From the NCBI GenBank assembly GCA_051362555.1, contig CM120640.1:64396788-64460787 (forward strand): DNA of 64,000 nt, in the 5' to 3' direction. The DNA comes from Lingula anatina. Taxonomy: Eukaryota; Animalia; Brachiopoda. Made by a program: the position numbers and the translations under genes. Below the pieces are notes generated by a model that saw nothing but the letters and a program-made list of their open reading frames with translations, was not told the DNA's origin and ran no database searches. Below, in pieces: positions 1 to 11,900 of the stretch; within the stretch, counting starts at the first letter, position 1, and every line of letters starts with the position of its first letter.

Positions 1-16
<16 letters not shown>

Positions 17-32
<16 letters not shown>

Positions 33-446
33 CTTTTCAAAAATTTCCCATTTTAGAAAATTTTGGCCAATTTGACATTAAAATAAAGGTCAAAGGTCAA
101 ATCCAAGAGCATACTTCAAATCTTTATGTGAATTTTGGTCAGCCATTTTCCCATAATTCTTTTGGTTTGGCAGATATTTAGCATTTAATTTTGCAAATTT
201 TTGACAATGGTGCACTGTGATAAATGCCACACCTTGACTGGGTCACCAACAAAGCCCAAAATCCACATGGCTCAAGTTGAGATTATATGTGGACCTACAT
301 ACAAGAGATGGATACAGGGGCTCTTGTAGTTTAGGAGAAGAAGTGTTAACAGTGACGTGGTGGTGGAGCCGAAGGAGCTGGCAAGATGATACCCGTCGGG
401 ATTTAAACCATGTATACCACCAGCGCGTCACTGGTGGCACAAATAA
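17..446 (-). mobile_element. Terminal part of a second copy of the same HINE-like family
   Basis: It is colinear with 6850-7255 (AAATAAAAGGTCAAA..TCCAAG.GCATACTT.AAATC, GTTGAGATTATA..., CAAGAGATGG) and ends in the hairpin CCACCAG-CGCGTCA-CTGGTGG (417-437). Confidence 0.65.
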
Positions 447-696
447 GATCACTCTACAGCCTTTGTACTCTATAAAACCTTAATAATAAAATACAAAGCC
501 CTTTGGCTCTTGCACAACAAATCTCTTTAAAGTTTACACATATAAGAGTGGTTTCCCAGTAATGCATATAAACCACTTCTACTCCTTTCTTATATGACTC
601 CCGTAAAGCTGACATGCCAAGGGATAAACCAAATTAATAAATCAATCAGCCATAAGAGCTTCAAAACTGCACCTTCTTCAAACCTTTGATTGTAAA

Positions 697-2347
697 CAGT
701 GTATGAAATTCAAGGAAATTACTAGCCAGACCGCCGGGCAGGTAACTCTGAAAAGTTACCAGCCCGGCCATGTAGTTACCTGCCCTAGTTATAACCCCTA
801 GAGTTAAGAGAGGTATGCTGAGGGGGTATAGAATGCATTCTAGAGTAATTTGGAAATGAAAGGGCAATATCATGCCTTATGCGTGGAAATTTAGAAATTG
901 GTTGGAATTTCTACTGAATGATACCTTGTCAGTATTGGATTTAGAGGGGTCAGGGGGTCCTGACGCCCCCCCCCCTTTCAATTTCTGCAAAAAAATAAAA
1001 ACCTCACCTCTTGAAATAAGACTTTTCACTAGTTGAATCATAGTTCTAAACCATACCAAATGGCACCATTTACCATCTAAAATACCAAAAAATTTCAGGG
1101 CCCTTTAGCGGGCGGGGGAAGGGGGGGGGTAGTCAATTCAGTTTATGTTCACCTTGCAGGCCGTCTCATTTCTTCTTCAATAATTTATTCATAACTTTTA
1201 TTCCGATTTCGTGATATCATTTGATCATAATTTTTGCTTTTCTGTATAGCAACAAATATGACCAAATATATATATTCTTGTCAAATAAATCGATCTCTGT
1301 GCTGACAATAAAGAAGAAAGAATTCAGCACGTAGGGTCCCTTTGAATATCGCTTTTAAGCTTTAAAAAGCGGTCGGGAACAGTCCTGCATGCTAATGGCC
1401 CATAGACAGTCCTGCAGGGCCCCGTATCTCGAAAGCATCGCTTATTGAGAAAAGCTATATCACATAAATTATATGGTCGAGTATGGGCGAGTTATTGGAT
1501 CGAGATGCTTGCGCTCGGTCGCAATGCGTGATACTTTTGAATTACGGTTTTACAAAAAATGTTGCCGCTCGACTCATTGCAAATCGAAGTCACCTTTCCA
1601 TGGGTCCCAGTTTGTTCTCTTTCGTTTGGTTCTGTCGTAATCTTTCTTATTTCTTTCCTCAATTGTTTTTCTTTTGTGAACTTCTCTATCGGACTTGATA
1701 GAATTTTTTTCATTTTTGACAGCCCAAGATGAAAACACGTGGCAAAAGAACTACATCTGACGCACAGCGTAAACTCGTACGTTCACTCATAATTTTGGGA
1801 TTCAAATTTTTTGTAAAATTCTCCTTTAATTTGCCTCCTCCGTTGCCTTTATTACTGTTGATTATAAGCACTTCATGTACCTATAAGTCAATTTAATCAA
1901 TATCATAACTTTTAATACTTTCATATTTTTATTACTCTCAACCTACAAATTGCTACTCGCGGTAACTCCTCTACACAAAACAATGACGTAACGTTATCTG
2001 CTGTGCACTGAAGCTGGTTAATAACAATGTGCCTCGTTTCAAATTGTCTTTCAACTTCATATCACACAGACGGAACTTCGAAAACGAGGCCACTGAGAGG
2101 GAGACTGTTGGTTACATATCGATACGAGCGTTCGATTGCAAGCTAATGGTTAGTTCTTTGCTTTTATGAAAGTGGATGAAAACAGTGAGTTTATTTGATA
2201 TTTGCTGAAATCGCTTGTGAACATAGACAAAATAAAAGGTGAAAATAGGCTGTAAAAATAGCCAGCCCGTCGGGCAGGTAATTTGCAAATCTTACCCGCC
2301 CGGCCTGAAAGTTACCAGCCTCGGGCTGGCGGCCATTTCATACACTG
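697..2347. mobile_element. Non-autonomous hAT-like DNA transposon (~1.65 kb)
   Basis: It has perfect 13-bp TIRs CAGTGTATGAAAT...ATTTCATACACTG and a flanking direct repeat TTGTAAA (690-696 and 2348-2354). Subterminal motifs CGGGCAGGTAA / GTTACCAGCC recur at both ends. There is no transposase ORF. Confidence 0.8.
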
Positions 2348-2567
2348 TTGTAAATTGACATACCTATCTGCCCTAGTTACATACAGCACAGAAAGCAAGC
2401 AGAAAATATCCACTCAAATATGATTTTTAGTTAATATCATTTGATATTTTTGAGTTATACTATTTGAAACTATATGGTGGCATATGGTCAGCTTTAGTGG
2501 AAAAAATTTGACTTCAAATGCATCTTTAAGGGAATCCTCTGAAACTGAGCAGCACATCTTTGGGTGT

Positions 2568-2787
2568 TTTCCCAGAGATTTAGATCGATCCAGGGATTAA
2601 GACTTAGATCAACCTAACTCCCTGGGAGTTCACGCTAAACTGCAGTCAGCCGAGCCCGCACCATAGTTAATTACCCCCTTACAGCTTTCAGTAGGCAGGA
2701 CAGACGCTTAAGCCGGCTAAGCTGACAGTAATCTAGTGAGACTCCCCACAGGGATAGATCGATCTAAAATCTATGGAAATGGGGTCT
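2568..2787 (+). mobile_element. Fold-back MITE family A, copy 1
   Basis: The ends are inverted (TTTAGATCGATC...GATCGATCTAAA). The core GTTAATTACCCCCTTACAGCTTT.AGTAGGCAGGACAGAC..TTAAGCCGG.TAAGCTGACAG.AATCTAGTGAGACTCCCC is shared with 23801-24029 and 28073-28288. Confidence 0.8.
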
Positions 2788-3395
2788 TTATCTAAAACCC
2801 TGATATCACTGCCATCTTGCCACAGGGTAAGCTATGGCCTCTAATTCTCCGGTGACCTGCAGACAGGGTTGTAAGTTGGGAGCTAACCTTTACAGTTACA
2901 CAGGACACAGGAAACTGAGCTCAGGGAGCTGGGTGCAGAGTGCTGTTTGGAGAGAATCCACACACTATGATAAACCCCTCAACCCTTAGGGGACAAAGGA
3001 TGAAAGTGATAATTCAAACCCCTTATTCTCCCTAAATTTTCAACTTATTCTCCCTAAATTTTCAACTCTTTTCATGCCCAATAAAAAGAGGTATGCAATT
3101 CCACTTTTTGTCATAAAGTTATTAGCTGCATGGACAAAAATGGAGGTGGCTAAGTTTCATAGAGGAGATTTACACTCAACATTACCATTGAAAATCTTTA
3201 AGATTGAAATACTCAAAACGACTTCACTGTTCAGAATGAAATCATAAACCCTATTACAACTGTCACCATTTTGTTTATCCAAGTACATACGACATGACAT
3301 TTATTTATACTTTTCCACACTGACTACGAATTCCACCAACCGCCAGGAATAGATAAATCCCACAGTTCTTACTTTAATTGGGATAAAATCTTTAA

Positions 3396-3914
3396 AGCAA
3401 TAATAACTCTTCCTTTGAGATTCAAAATTCTGTAAGAAATACATTGTAAACAACGCCTGGAAATATATTCTATTGCATTTTCCCACTAAAACGACTGTCA
3501 TTGTAGTAAAACTAAAATCTGTGCTTGTCTCTTGGGCTTTCAATGCCCTTCTTCACGGTCGTCAAGGAATCCGTTGCCAATGACGTTGAGGTGTCACGCG
3601 GTTTGTCGCGTTCATTCAAGACCAAAATAACATGGCGGGAAACCCTCAGACGTAAGTTGCGAGTTTTTGTACAGTGCGTCGGATAACGAAAAGCCCAGAA
3701 TTGCACACACTGTAGATATAAATGCATTTTGAGCAATAAGATGAATATGTCTTATGAATCTTATATTGTCAGAGAGGGCTCCATACGTTTAGAAAAAACC
3801 CTGGATTAACTTTGAATGCAGGAATGTGGTCGTTGACCATTGGTAAGTACGGGAAAATTGCCGTTTTTTCCAGGAAAATCGTATTTTTGGCCAAAACGAA
3901 GAGTTATTATGACT
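3396..3914. mobile_element. Kolobok-like MITE (TTAA target)
   Basis: The structure is TTAA|AGCAATAATAACTCTTC ... GAAGAGTTATTATGACT|TTAA. TTAA flanks plus AG...CT termini are the Kolobok pattern. A diverged inverted copy of its right end lies at ~32135-32260. Confidence 0.7.
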
Positions 3915-4100
3915 TTAAGCTGTTCAAGCAGAATCCCAAGAATTTTCTAAAGTGGATCTTAACAAATTTGTAACTGAATCCTACAGAGTTAAGATTTCTA
4001 CCAGAAATGTTCAAATTTCCACAATTTCTCACAATTTCTAAAATTTAATAATCCATGCCGGTTCATGGAATTCGTAGTCGTTGTGGAATAGGGTCATTAC

Positions 4101-7100
4101 CTGGATGTTTAGACCTAGTTCATATGTGGTTCCCTCCAAAAAAACCTCCCTGACTTCCTTGTCCAATGGTGCACCCTGGCAATAATGCTGGTATACATCA
4201 CTCAGATTATTGGGAGCGCCATCTTCCATCCACTCAAACACCTGCACACATTAATAAAGTTTTAAAACTTTGCAAAAACAAGACATTATATACTATCATC
4301 TATGTGGAAATATGGAGAATGTTCCCAGTACAGTGCTAAATAAAGTGCCTTTAGTGGGTTACAAATACTTCATTGCCAAAATTTTTCAAAAAAAAAAATC
4401 ACATTTTTCAAACAGTGCTTGCTATAGAAAATTTAGAACACCAAATACTAAGATTTATATGAAGATTTTCTTGGCAGGGGTGCCTCCTCTAAGAAAATTT
4501 TGAAAATCTGAATAAAAATTAATAGGCAGTGCAGTCCACTATCTAGGCGATTTGATTTGAAATTTTAATGAAAAATAAAACTGCCAGTGGTAATGGCAAT
4601 TTTCATTCCATTTAACATGTAACTGCACAAATTGGATATTTAAAAAAATTATGCAAGCTATGACAGTGCTTATCGTCCTAGGTGTCATTTCCCCAAGTTT
4701 GAGAATTATAAGAATGAAAGATTTTTTGTTTACTGTATAAGACGGTGAATATTTCTAAAATTCCAGTATATGAAAAAATTCTCAAAAAAAAAAAAAAAAA
4801 AAAAAAAAAACTGCATTTCAAGAAAATGCAGAAAATGTTACTATTACAGGGGTTCAGAGACATGGGAGTTTGAAGTAAAATATAAAAACTGGCCGCAATG
4901 TTTGAACAAGGCAGCAAAGCTGTCGAATGTACAGACAAAAAAAAGCAGAAAATAATAATGCACAAAATAGGATCCTTTCAATAATACATTATGCTTAACT
5001 GCAAAGACAACATCAAATTTTAACTAGAGGATCAGAGAGGAGATACCGCCTCCGGATATTGTACCACCAGCTGGAGTAAGCGCATTCGTATGGAACCCCC
5101 CCCCCCCAAAAAAAAGGGTCACCACCACCAGTCTTGTGCTTGACAAGCTCTATAAACTCCTGTGATCTCTAGACAAAAGGCCTATTGGTTTTCCTTGAAA
5201 TGTGTTGTCAGTGGTGCATATATGCTGACAAAAGAGAAAACCTAGGGGCAACATCTGGTACATCTCTGCTTGTTTTGAAGATATGAGGGGCAAGAAAATA
5301 TGCAAAGCTCAGTTCATGGTGAAAAAGTAAGTCAAAGGTCAATTTCAATATTATAGTATATGAATTTCTATTCAAGTTCAATAGTAACCATGGGCATTTC
5401 TTTGCCAATTTTGCAGATTTAAAGGCCAGAAAACATGCAAAAAGCAGTTCACCATAAAAAGTAGGTCAAAGGTCAATTTCAAGGCCACGGTTAGATTGCC
5501 AGTGTATTACTTCCTATTCAACTTCAATAGTAACTATGGACCTATCTCTGCCAGTTTTGGAGTGAAAAGGGAAAGAAATTAGCAGAGTTCAGTTCATGGT
5601 GAAGGTCATAGTTAGATTGCCAGTATATGACTTCCTATTCAAGTTCAATAGTAACTATGGGTGTATCTCTGCCAGTTTTGGAGATAAAAGGGAAAGAAAT
5701 TAGCAAAGTTCAGTTCATGGTGAAAAGTAGGTCAAAGGTCAATTCAATTTCACAGTTAAATTGCCTCACATGACTTCCTATTCAAATTCAATAGTAACTA
5801 TGGGCATATCTTTGCCAGTTTTGAAAGGATAAGCATTAAAAAAGTTGCAAAGTTCAGTTTATGGTGAAAAGTACGTCAAAGGTCAATTTCAAGGTCATAC
5901 TTAGATTGCCAGTACATGACTTCCTATTCAACTTCAATCGTAACTATGGACCTATCTCTGCTAGTTTTGGAGTGAAAAGGAAAAGAAATTAGCAGGGTTC
6001 AGTTCATGGTGAAGAGTAGGTCAAAGGTCAATTTTAAGATCATAGTTAGATTGCCAGTATATGACATCCTATTCAAGTTCAATAGTATCTATGGACCTAT
6101 TTCTACCAGTTTTGGAGATATAAGGGACTTATTGCAAAGCTCAGTTCATGGTGAAAAGTAGGTCAAATGTCAATTTCAAGGTCACAGTTAAATTGCCAGT
6201 ATGTGACTTCCTATTTAACTTCAATAGTAACTATGGATCTATCTCTGCCAGTTTTGGAGATATAAGGGACTAAATGTTGCAATTTTGGAGTTACAATAAT
6301 GTGCCATAAATTTTATACAGAAAAAATTAATTGAAATAAAAAAAGGTCATTTTGGTTGAAATTCTTGAAATGGGAGGTGCTTCCTGAGGGAAGTTCCAGA
6401 TGTTCAAATTTCATGAAATAATGTCATTTTTGACCAGAAGTTGTCTGCCTGGCCAAGCCTTATGTTTTATTTTCCCCCCCCCCCCCCGAGGTTCAAAATT
6501 TATTATACATTACGGTATTGCACATTTTGCTTTCACCACCATTATTTACTTTTTGATACAGCATAACTCAAAAACCATATAGAATACAAAAAAATGGAGA
6601 CCACCCACAGTGTTGGGCTTGACATGCTCTACAAAATGCAAAAAAGAATGGGTCTCTAGCATTAACGGTTCCCAAATTAGAGACAGTTTTCAGTTCCAGT
6701 ATCTTATGGCTGCTACTCCAGTGAAAATGCACCAACTGACACCAAATTCACGGAGATGAAAGATGACCTGATGGGTAACTCTTTCCAATAATATTATAGG
6801 TTAGGTCTGTGTAGTTTTTGAATATCAGCGCAAATAATTTTTTTTTCGTAAAAAATTTCGTTTTTTATTTTTTTTTAATTTTGGCCTGTTTGACCTTGAA
6901 ATAAAGGTCAAATCCAAGGGCATACTTGAAATCTACACATATGAATTTCGGTCAGCTGTTTGTAGAAATTTTTCCCATAATTCCTTCGGTATGGTAGATA
7001 ATTAGCATTTAATTTTGCCATTTTTGGACATGGGTGCATTGCAATGAGCGCCACACCTAGACCCCAATACCGACAAAGCCCAAATTTTATGTGGAACGAG

Positions 7101-8914
7101 TTGAGATTATAGGTGACCTAAATCCAAGAGATGGGTACGGAGGCCCTTACCGTCTAGGAGGTGAAGCGGTAACGGTAACATGGCGGCAGAGCCGGCGGAA
7201 CGATCTGGATGGGATTAAAACCATATGTACCGCCAGCGCCTACGCTGGTTTTAATTATGCACAAGAGGTAATACCAATGAAAGAGTAAAAGCATAAGGCT
7301 ATGAGAGATCAAGTTCACACTTAGAAATTGCCAGAATGAGAAAAATGAAAATTTCACATAAAAATTGCATAAATTCAGTAAAAAAAAAAAATCCAATAGA
7401 GCTGGTTTTCTAATTTGAGCTGTATGTCAATCCTAAGAATCATTTTTTCTTATAAGTTGAAAAAATAATAAGTAACAGTTTTCATTTCATAACGTTTGTG
7501 GTGGCAATGCACTAAGTGGGATTTTTGTCAACTTTGATGCAATATTACATGATGATTAACTGTAGAATTACCGCCAATTTTTAATTTGATACTATTTTAG
7601 GACAACAGAACCACAAAAATCCATTTCTCGAATTTTGAATATTCAGCACTCAATCTATACACTAGATGTATGTTTTAATCGATCCCCGCTATTAAAACTT
7701 TATAAAAACAATCTATTAGTAGAAAAAAAGCGTTTTAGTAAACCTCACCTCAATACGCATAAATGAAGCAACAGATCTGGGTCACGTGGTACTGTGACGA
7801 CAATGAGGATAAAGGTCTATGAGACTTAACTGAGCTGCATGGTGCATACAGACAATAGTTTAAGAAAGTTGTGTTGAACAGAGTTGAGCAATTTTCCTTA
7901 TGCCTCAGTGTGTTGCCATGGGATTCACCAAAATTGCAGCACTCCTTGACAATCTTTCTTTGTCTGTGACAGTCTTCCATGACTTACTAACTTTGGTGAC
8001 AAGAGTTGCGATGCTCGCGATCTCGGTCACCTCAGGTGTTTTAGATATCAAAAGCTGATAGTCTTTTAGAGTAACTGTCATCAGTTGGCAAGCTTACTAA
8101 TTTCTGATGCATTTCAAATTTGAAAATTTGATTACCACTGGGCTTCATGCCCGTTGAGTTCTAAGTCCCACACTGAAAATGCCAATATGTGAAGGATCAA
8201 AATTTCACAAAAATGCACAACTGGAAAAGAAGCCAATAGGACAGCTTTTCCAACTCTGGCTGCACTTTAGTCCTATGTTTCTTTCCTGTAAGTTTACGAA
8301 AAGTAAGTGACATGGTTTTTCTTAAATGGTCATTATAAAGGCAGTGCCCAAAATAGGATTTTCTTCAATTTTGATGCAATAAGATGTGTTATCAATAAGA
8401 TGTGTTATCTGTATTGCATTTAGTATAATATATACTGAAAAATACAAAAACATAACTTCAAGAAAAATAATTTGATCAGGCTGTTTTTTTTTTTTTTAAC
8501 TCAACCTGTATTTTAGTAATATTGATCCTTCCTGTAAGCTTGAAGACAATAGTCTTATTGGTTTTCCTTGGAATGTGTTTACTGAATTGCATATATGACG
8601 CAAAAATTTTTCTTAACTAGGTCCTTAATTTTCTTAACTAGGCCCTTACTTTACTATTATTCATCAGTTCTGTACATATGAAGACATAAGATGAATAGTT
8701 TACCACTTAGTGTTATGTCTGAAAGTGCCATATCTGAAAGTGCAAGGCACTGATGGTGACGACAGATGCAGGTGATGGCTTTATGTACAGAATTGATGTC
8801 TGTACATAAAATTAGAAGAGGTACATAAAGCCAGGTGCCAGAGAGAAACTGAGCAATCAATGTATCTCAATACAGCATTTGTTCATGAATTCAAGTTAAA
8901 AAAAGATTTCAAAA

Positions 8915-8954
<40 letters not shown>

Positions 8955-11900
8955 TTTTCCACAATTAAAATGTAAAAGGTTTCATACCTCCTTTTATTTT
9001 TAAATATATTAAAAATGTTTCATATTATATTTCTTCTAAGAAGTAAATATACATATTATTCTCACAGGCAACTTATTCAAACGTTTATTTCTTTCTTCCA
9101 GCTCAAGAATGGATTTCGACTTGCTGCCTGTTTTCTTGGCATTCCACAGCATCCTCTGGGACCCAGTAAATCCAGACACAGCAATATGCATAGACATGGT
9201 ATCCATAAACCTCGTCTTAGGACCCTGAATTTTATTTTTCAAATATTTCAGAAAACCAGTAAAACAAAACAGAACACATAAATGCTCAATTAAACAAAAG
9301 GTAAAAAAAGACTATTATTATTGTAAAAATTATCCAAATCTTGAATCTAAAACAACAGCAATCATAATGGAAATCCTATAAACATGATTAACATGAATGC
9401 CAGTGCAATGCAAGAATGCAATCATGATGATTTCTAATTGATGCAGGTATTGCCTCTCATGTATTAAATCATACTTACCTTGATTAAGTATTGTTCTTTA
9501 ACAAAAGACCTGTCAAATCCCACATTATGTCCAACAACAACTTTTTCCTTCCATCCTCCTTGGTCCATGTCTAGTGGGATTAGCTCATCAGGGGTCATTT
9601 TGAAGAAGCCCTGAGCATCGCTTTTAATGAGGTGTTGGTTACACCAAGAATACCTGCCAAAAAGTCATGTACCAATAGCAACAGAACAAAGAATAAAAAG
9701 ATATTGCTTTAGCTGGGGTAGCGCTAGGATTTTTTTTCGCTTTAGCCAAACTTCTGAAAAATTTTAGCCAAATCAAAAAATTTTTAGCCAATTTAAAATA
9801 ATTTTAGCCAAATGAAAAATGACAATTTAAGGAATTTAAACCAATATTTATTCCATTTTAAATGCATTTTTTACAATGTTGATGCAAACAAGATTTAAAA
9901 TCTAATGAATCTTTCCTTCTTTTGTAATTGTCAGCTTCTTGTAGTATATACATATAACACATACATCATCCGAAAGCTGTAAACAAGGCAGCAAAGCTGT
10001 CAAATGTACAGACAAAAACCAGAAAATAAAAACGCAGGAAATAGGATACTGTCAATTCTGATGAACTAATGTATTTATTATGCTTACTGTAACTGCATAG
10101 CCAACATCAAATTCTTATTCTGCATAACATTGGATTAGGATGAAAGTAAAATGTGTATCAAGCATTAGACTAAGTTCCCATACCTAGATCAATCTAACAG
10201 GATCAATCCAACTCCAAGGGGTTTCTCACTAAATTGCTTTCAGTTTGAGAGTCTTAGGATTCTGGCATGCCAGTTTCAGTAGGCGTGACAGACAACTAAG
10301 CCACTTACATTGATTGCAATTTAGCGAGAATTCCCATGGAGATAGATCGATCCACAGTTAGCGTGATAGGGTCTGGAAATAGTCCCTAAGGTGTCAGGCT
10401 GATAAGAGTTAAACTTTGGAAATGCCAGAATGAGGTACAGTGAAAATTACACATAAAAAAAAAATGCTTAAACTCATTAAAAAAAATTATCTATATCTAA
10501 CTATATATCTATATCTATATCTATATATAATTAATTTTTTTTTTTGGCTGTATGTCAATCCTAAGAATCATTCTTGTAACTTAACAAAATACAGAAAATG
10601 TTACAAAGTAAGAGTACAGGGCTCCTGGCAGATGGCAGTGATAAGTCACAACTTGAAAATGCCAGTATAGCACTCTATAAACCTGCATTGCCTCCAAAAC
10701 AGAAAACAATCACACTGGTTTTCAAACACAAGCTGCACTTCTGTCTTATGAAACTTTTCAGTAAGTTTCAGTATCGTAAGTAACATGGTTTTCCCTTAAT
10801 CGCTATCCTGGCAGCAGTGTCCAAAATAGGGTTTTCTTCAACTTTCATGCAATAAAACATAATACTTAACAGCATAATGGCCATCAAATTTTTTATAAAA
10901 AAATTAAAGTATCATGAATATTCAGAAAATGTGATTTGGGAAGTTCTTCAAGGCCATGGAAGTTCAGAGTCACACTTTCAAAATGCCAAAATGTAAACAA
11001 GAGATAACTGTACTGAAATGATTTTCTTTCCATTTTCAACACCTTTTTTAAAACAAAATGATCAAAAAACTGTCATTTTTAAATGTTCAACTAGGAAAAT
11101 TGTTGACATAGGAAAAATATCAATAGAACAATTTTCAATGTCCAATTTGCTCCATTTGCAGATGCTGAACATAGTGAATGATTAAATCTGACAAACTGCA
11201 ATGATGAGTTCCTTTCCATTTATGATACTTTATTACACAATGCACAATATTATAACAGGTTTACCGTCATTTTTATATAATCAACAATATTGTTAAAAAG
11301 CAGAAAATGTCAAAACAACACTTTTACATATCTTATTAGTTCCATAATGAGACTGTTAACATGCCTAAGAATTAAATCTGAAGAAATAACATATACAAAA
11401 ATACAGAAAATGCACAGCACTTCTGGTGGATAGGAGTAAAAAATCACATCTTGAAGATGCTAGTGTTTGAAAAATAATTTTAAAAAAATTTTTTAATAAA
11501 ACGTAAAAAATTCCTGCTATTCAAACTTTTAATCTAGCTGTATTAACTTGATATTAATAACCCCACCAAGTTTGAGAAAAATAAAGCACTGTTATTCATC
11601 TATAGCATGTTGGCATAACACATTCTTTTTGTTGTAAATTTATTTGCAATGTTTAACACCATTTATCTGCACAATTATCACCAAATCCTAATTTTGTGAC
11701 ACAGTTAAGAGAGCTAAACCTATGGGACTTTACAGGGAAATCTCAAGGAGTGTTTAATGTAATCTCATTTAATGGCCAATTGAAAATTAATGAGTAGGCA
11801 AGTGATTTTATAGACCTTAATTTAATTAGTGATCACCCAAGGGACAATTTTATAGACTGCCATCCATACAGTACCATCATATAGCACAAAGGTGTTGCAC

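Noticed and set aside
277-483. Similar short ORFs at 277-483 and 7091-7288 as a small gene family
   Set aside because: Both lie in the homologous ends of the HINE-like element, so the similarity reflects the repeat, not coding selection.
3021-3066. Short tandem duplications (22 bp here; others at ~8380, ~8610, ~48260)
   Set aside because: These are ordinary slippage duplications with no further structure.
7745-8040. Possible additional POLG exon (donor-like GAG|gtgagg on minus strand)
   Set aside because: It has no POLG similarity. The flanking exons 9066 and 4241 already join in frame with continuous homology. It is probably a decayed repeat fragment.
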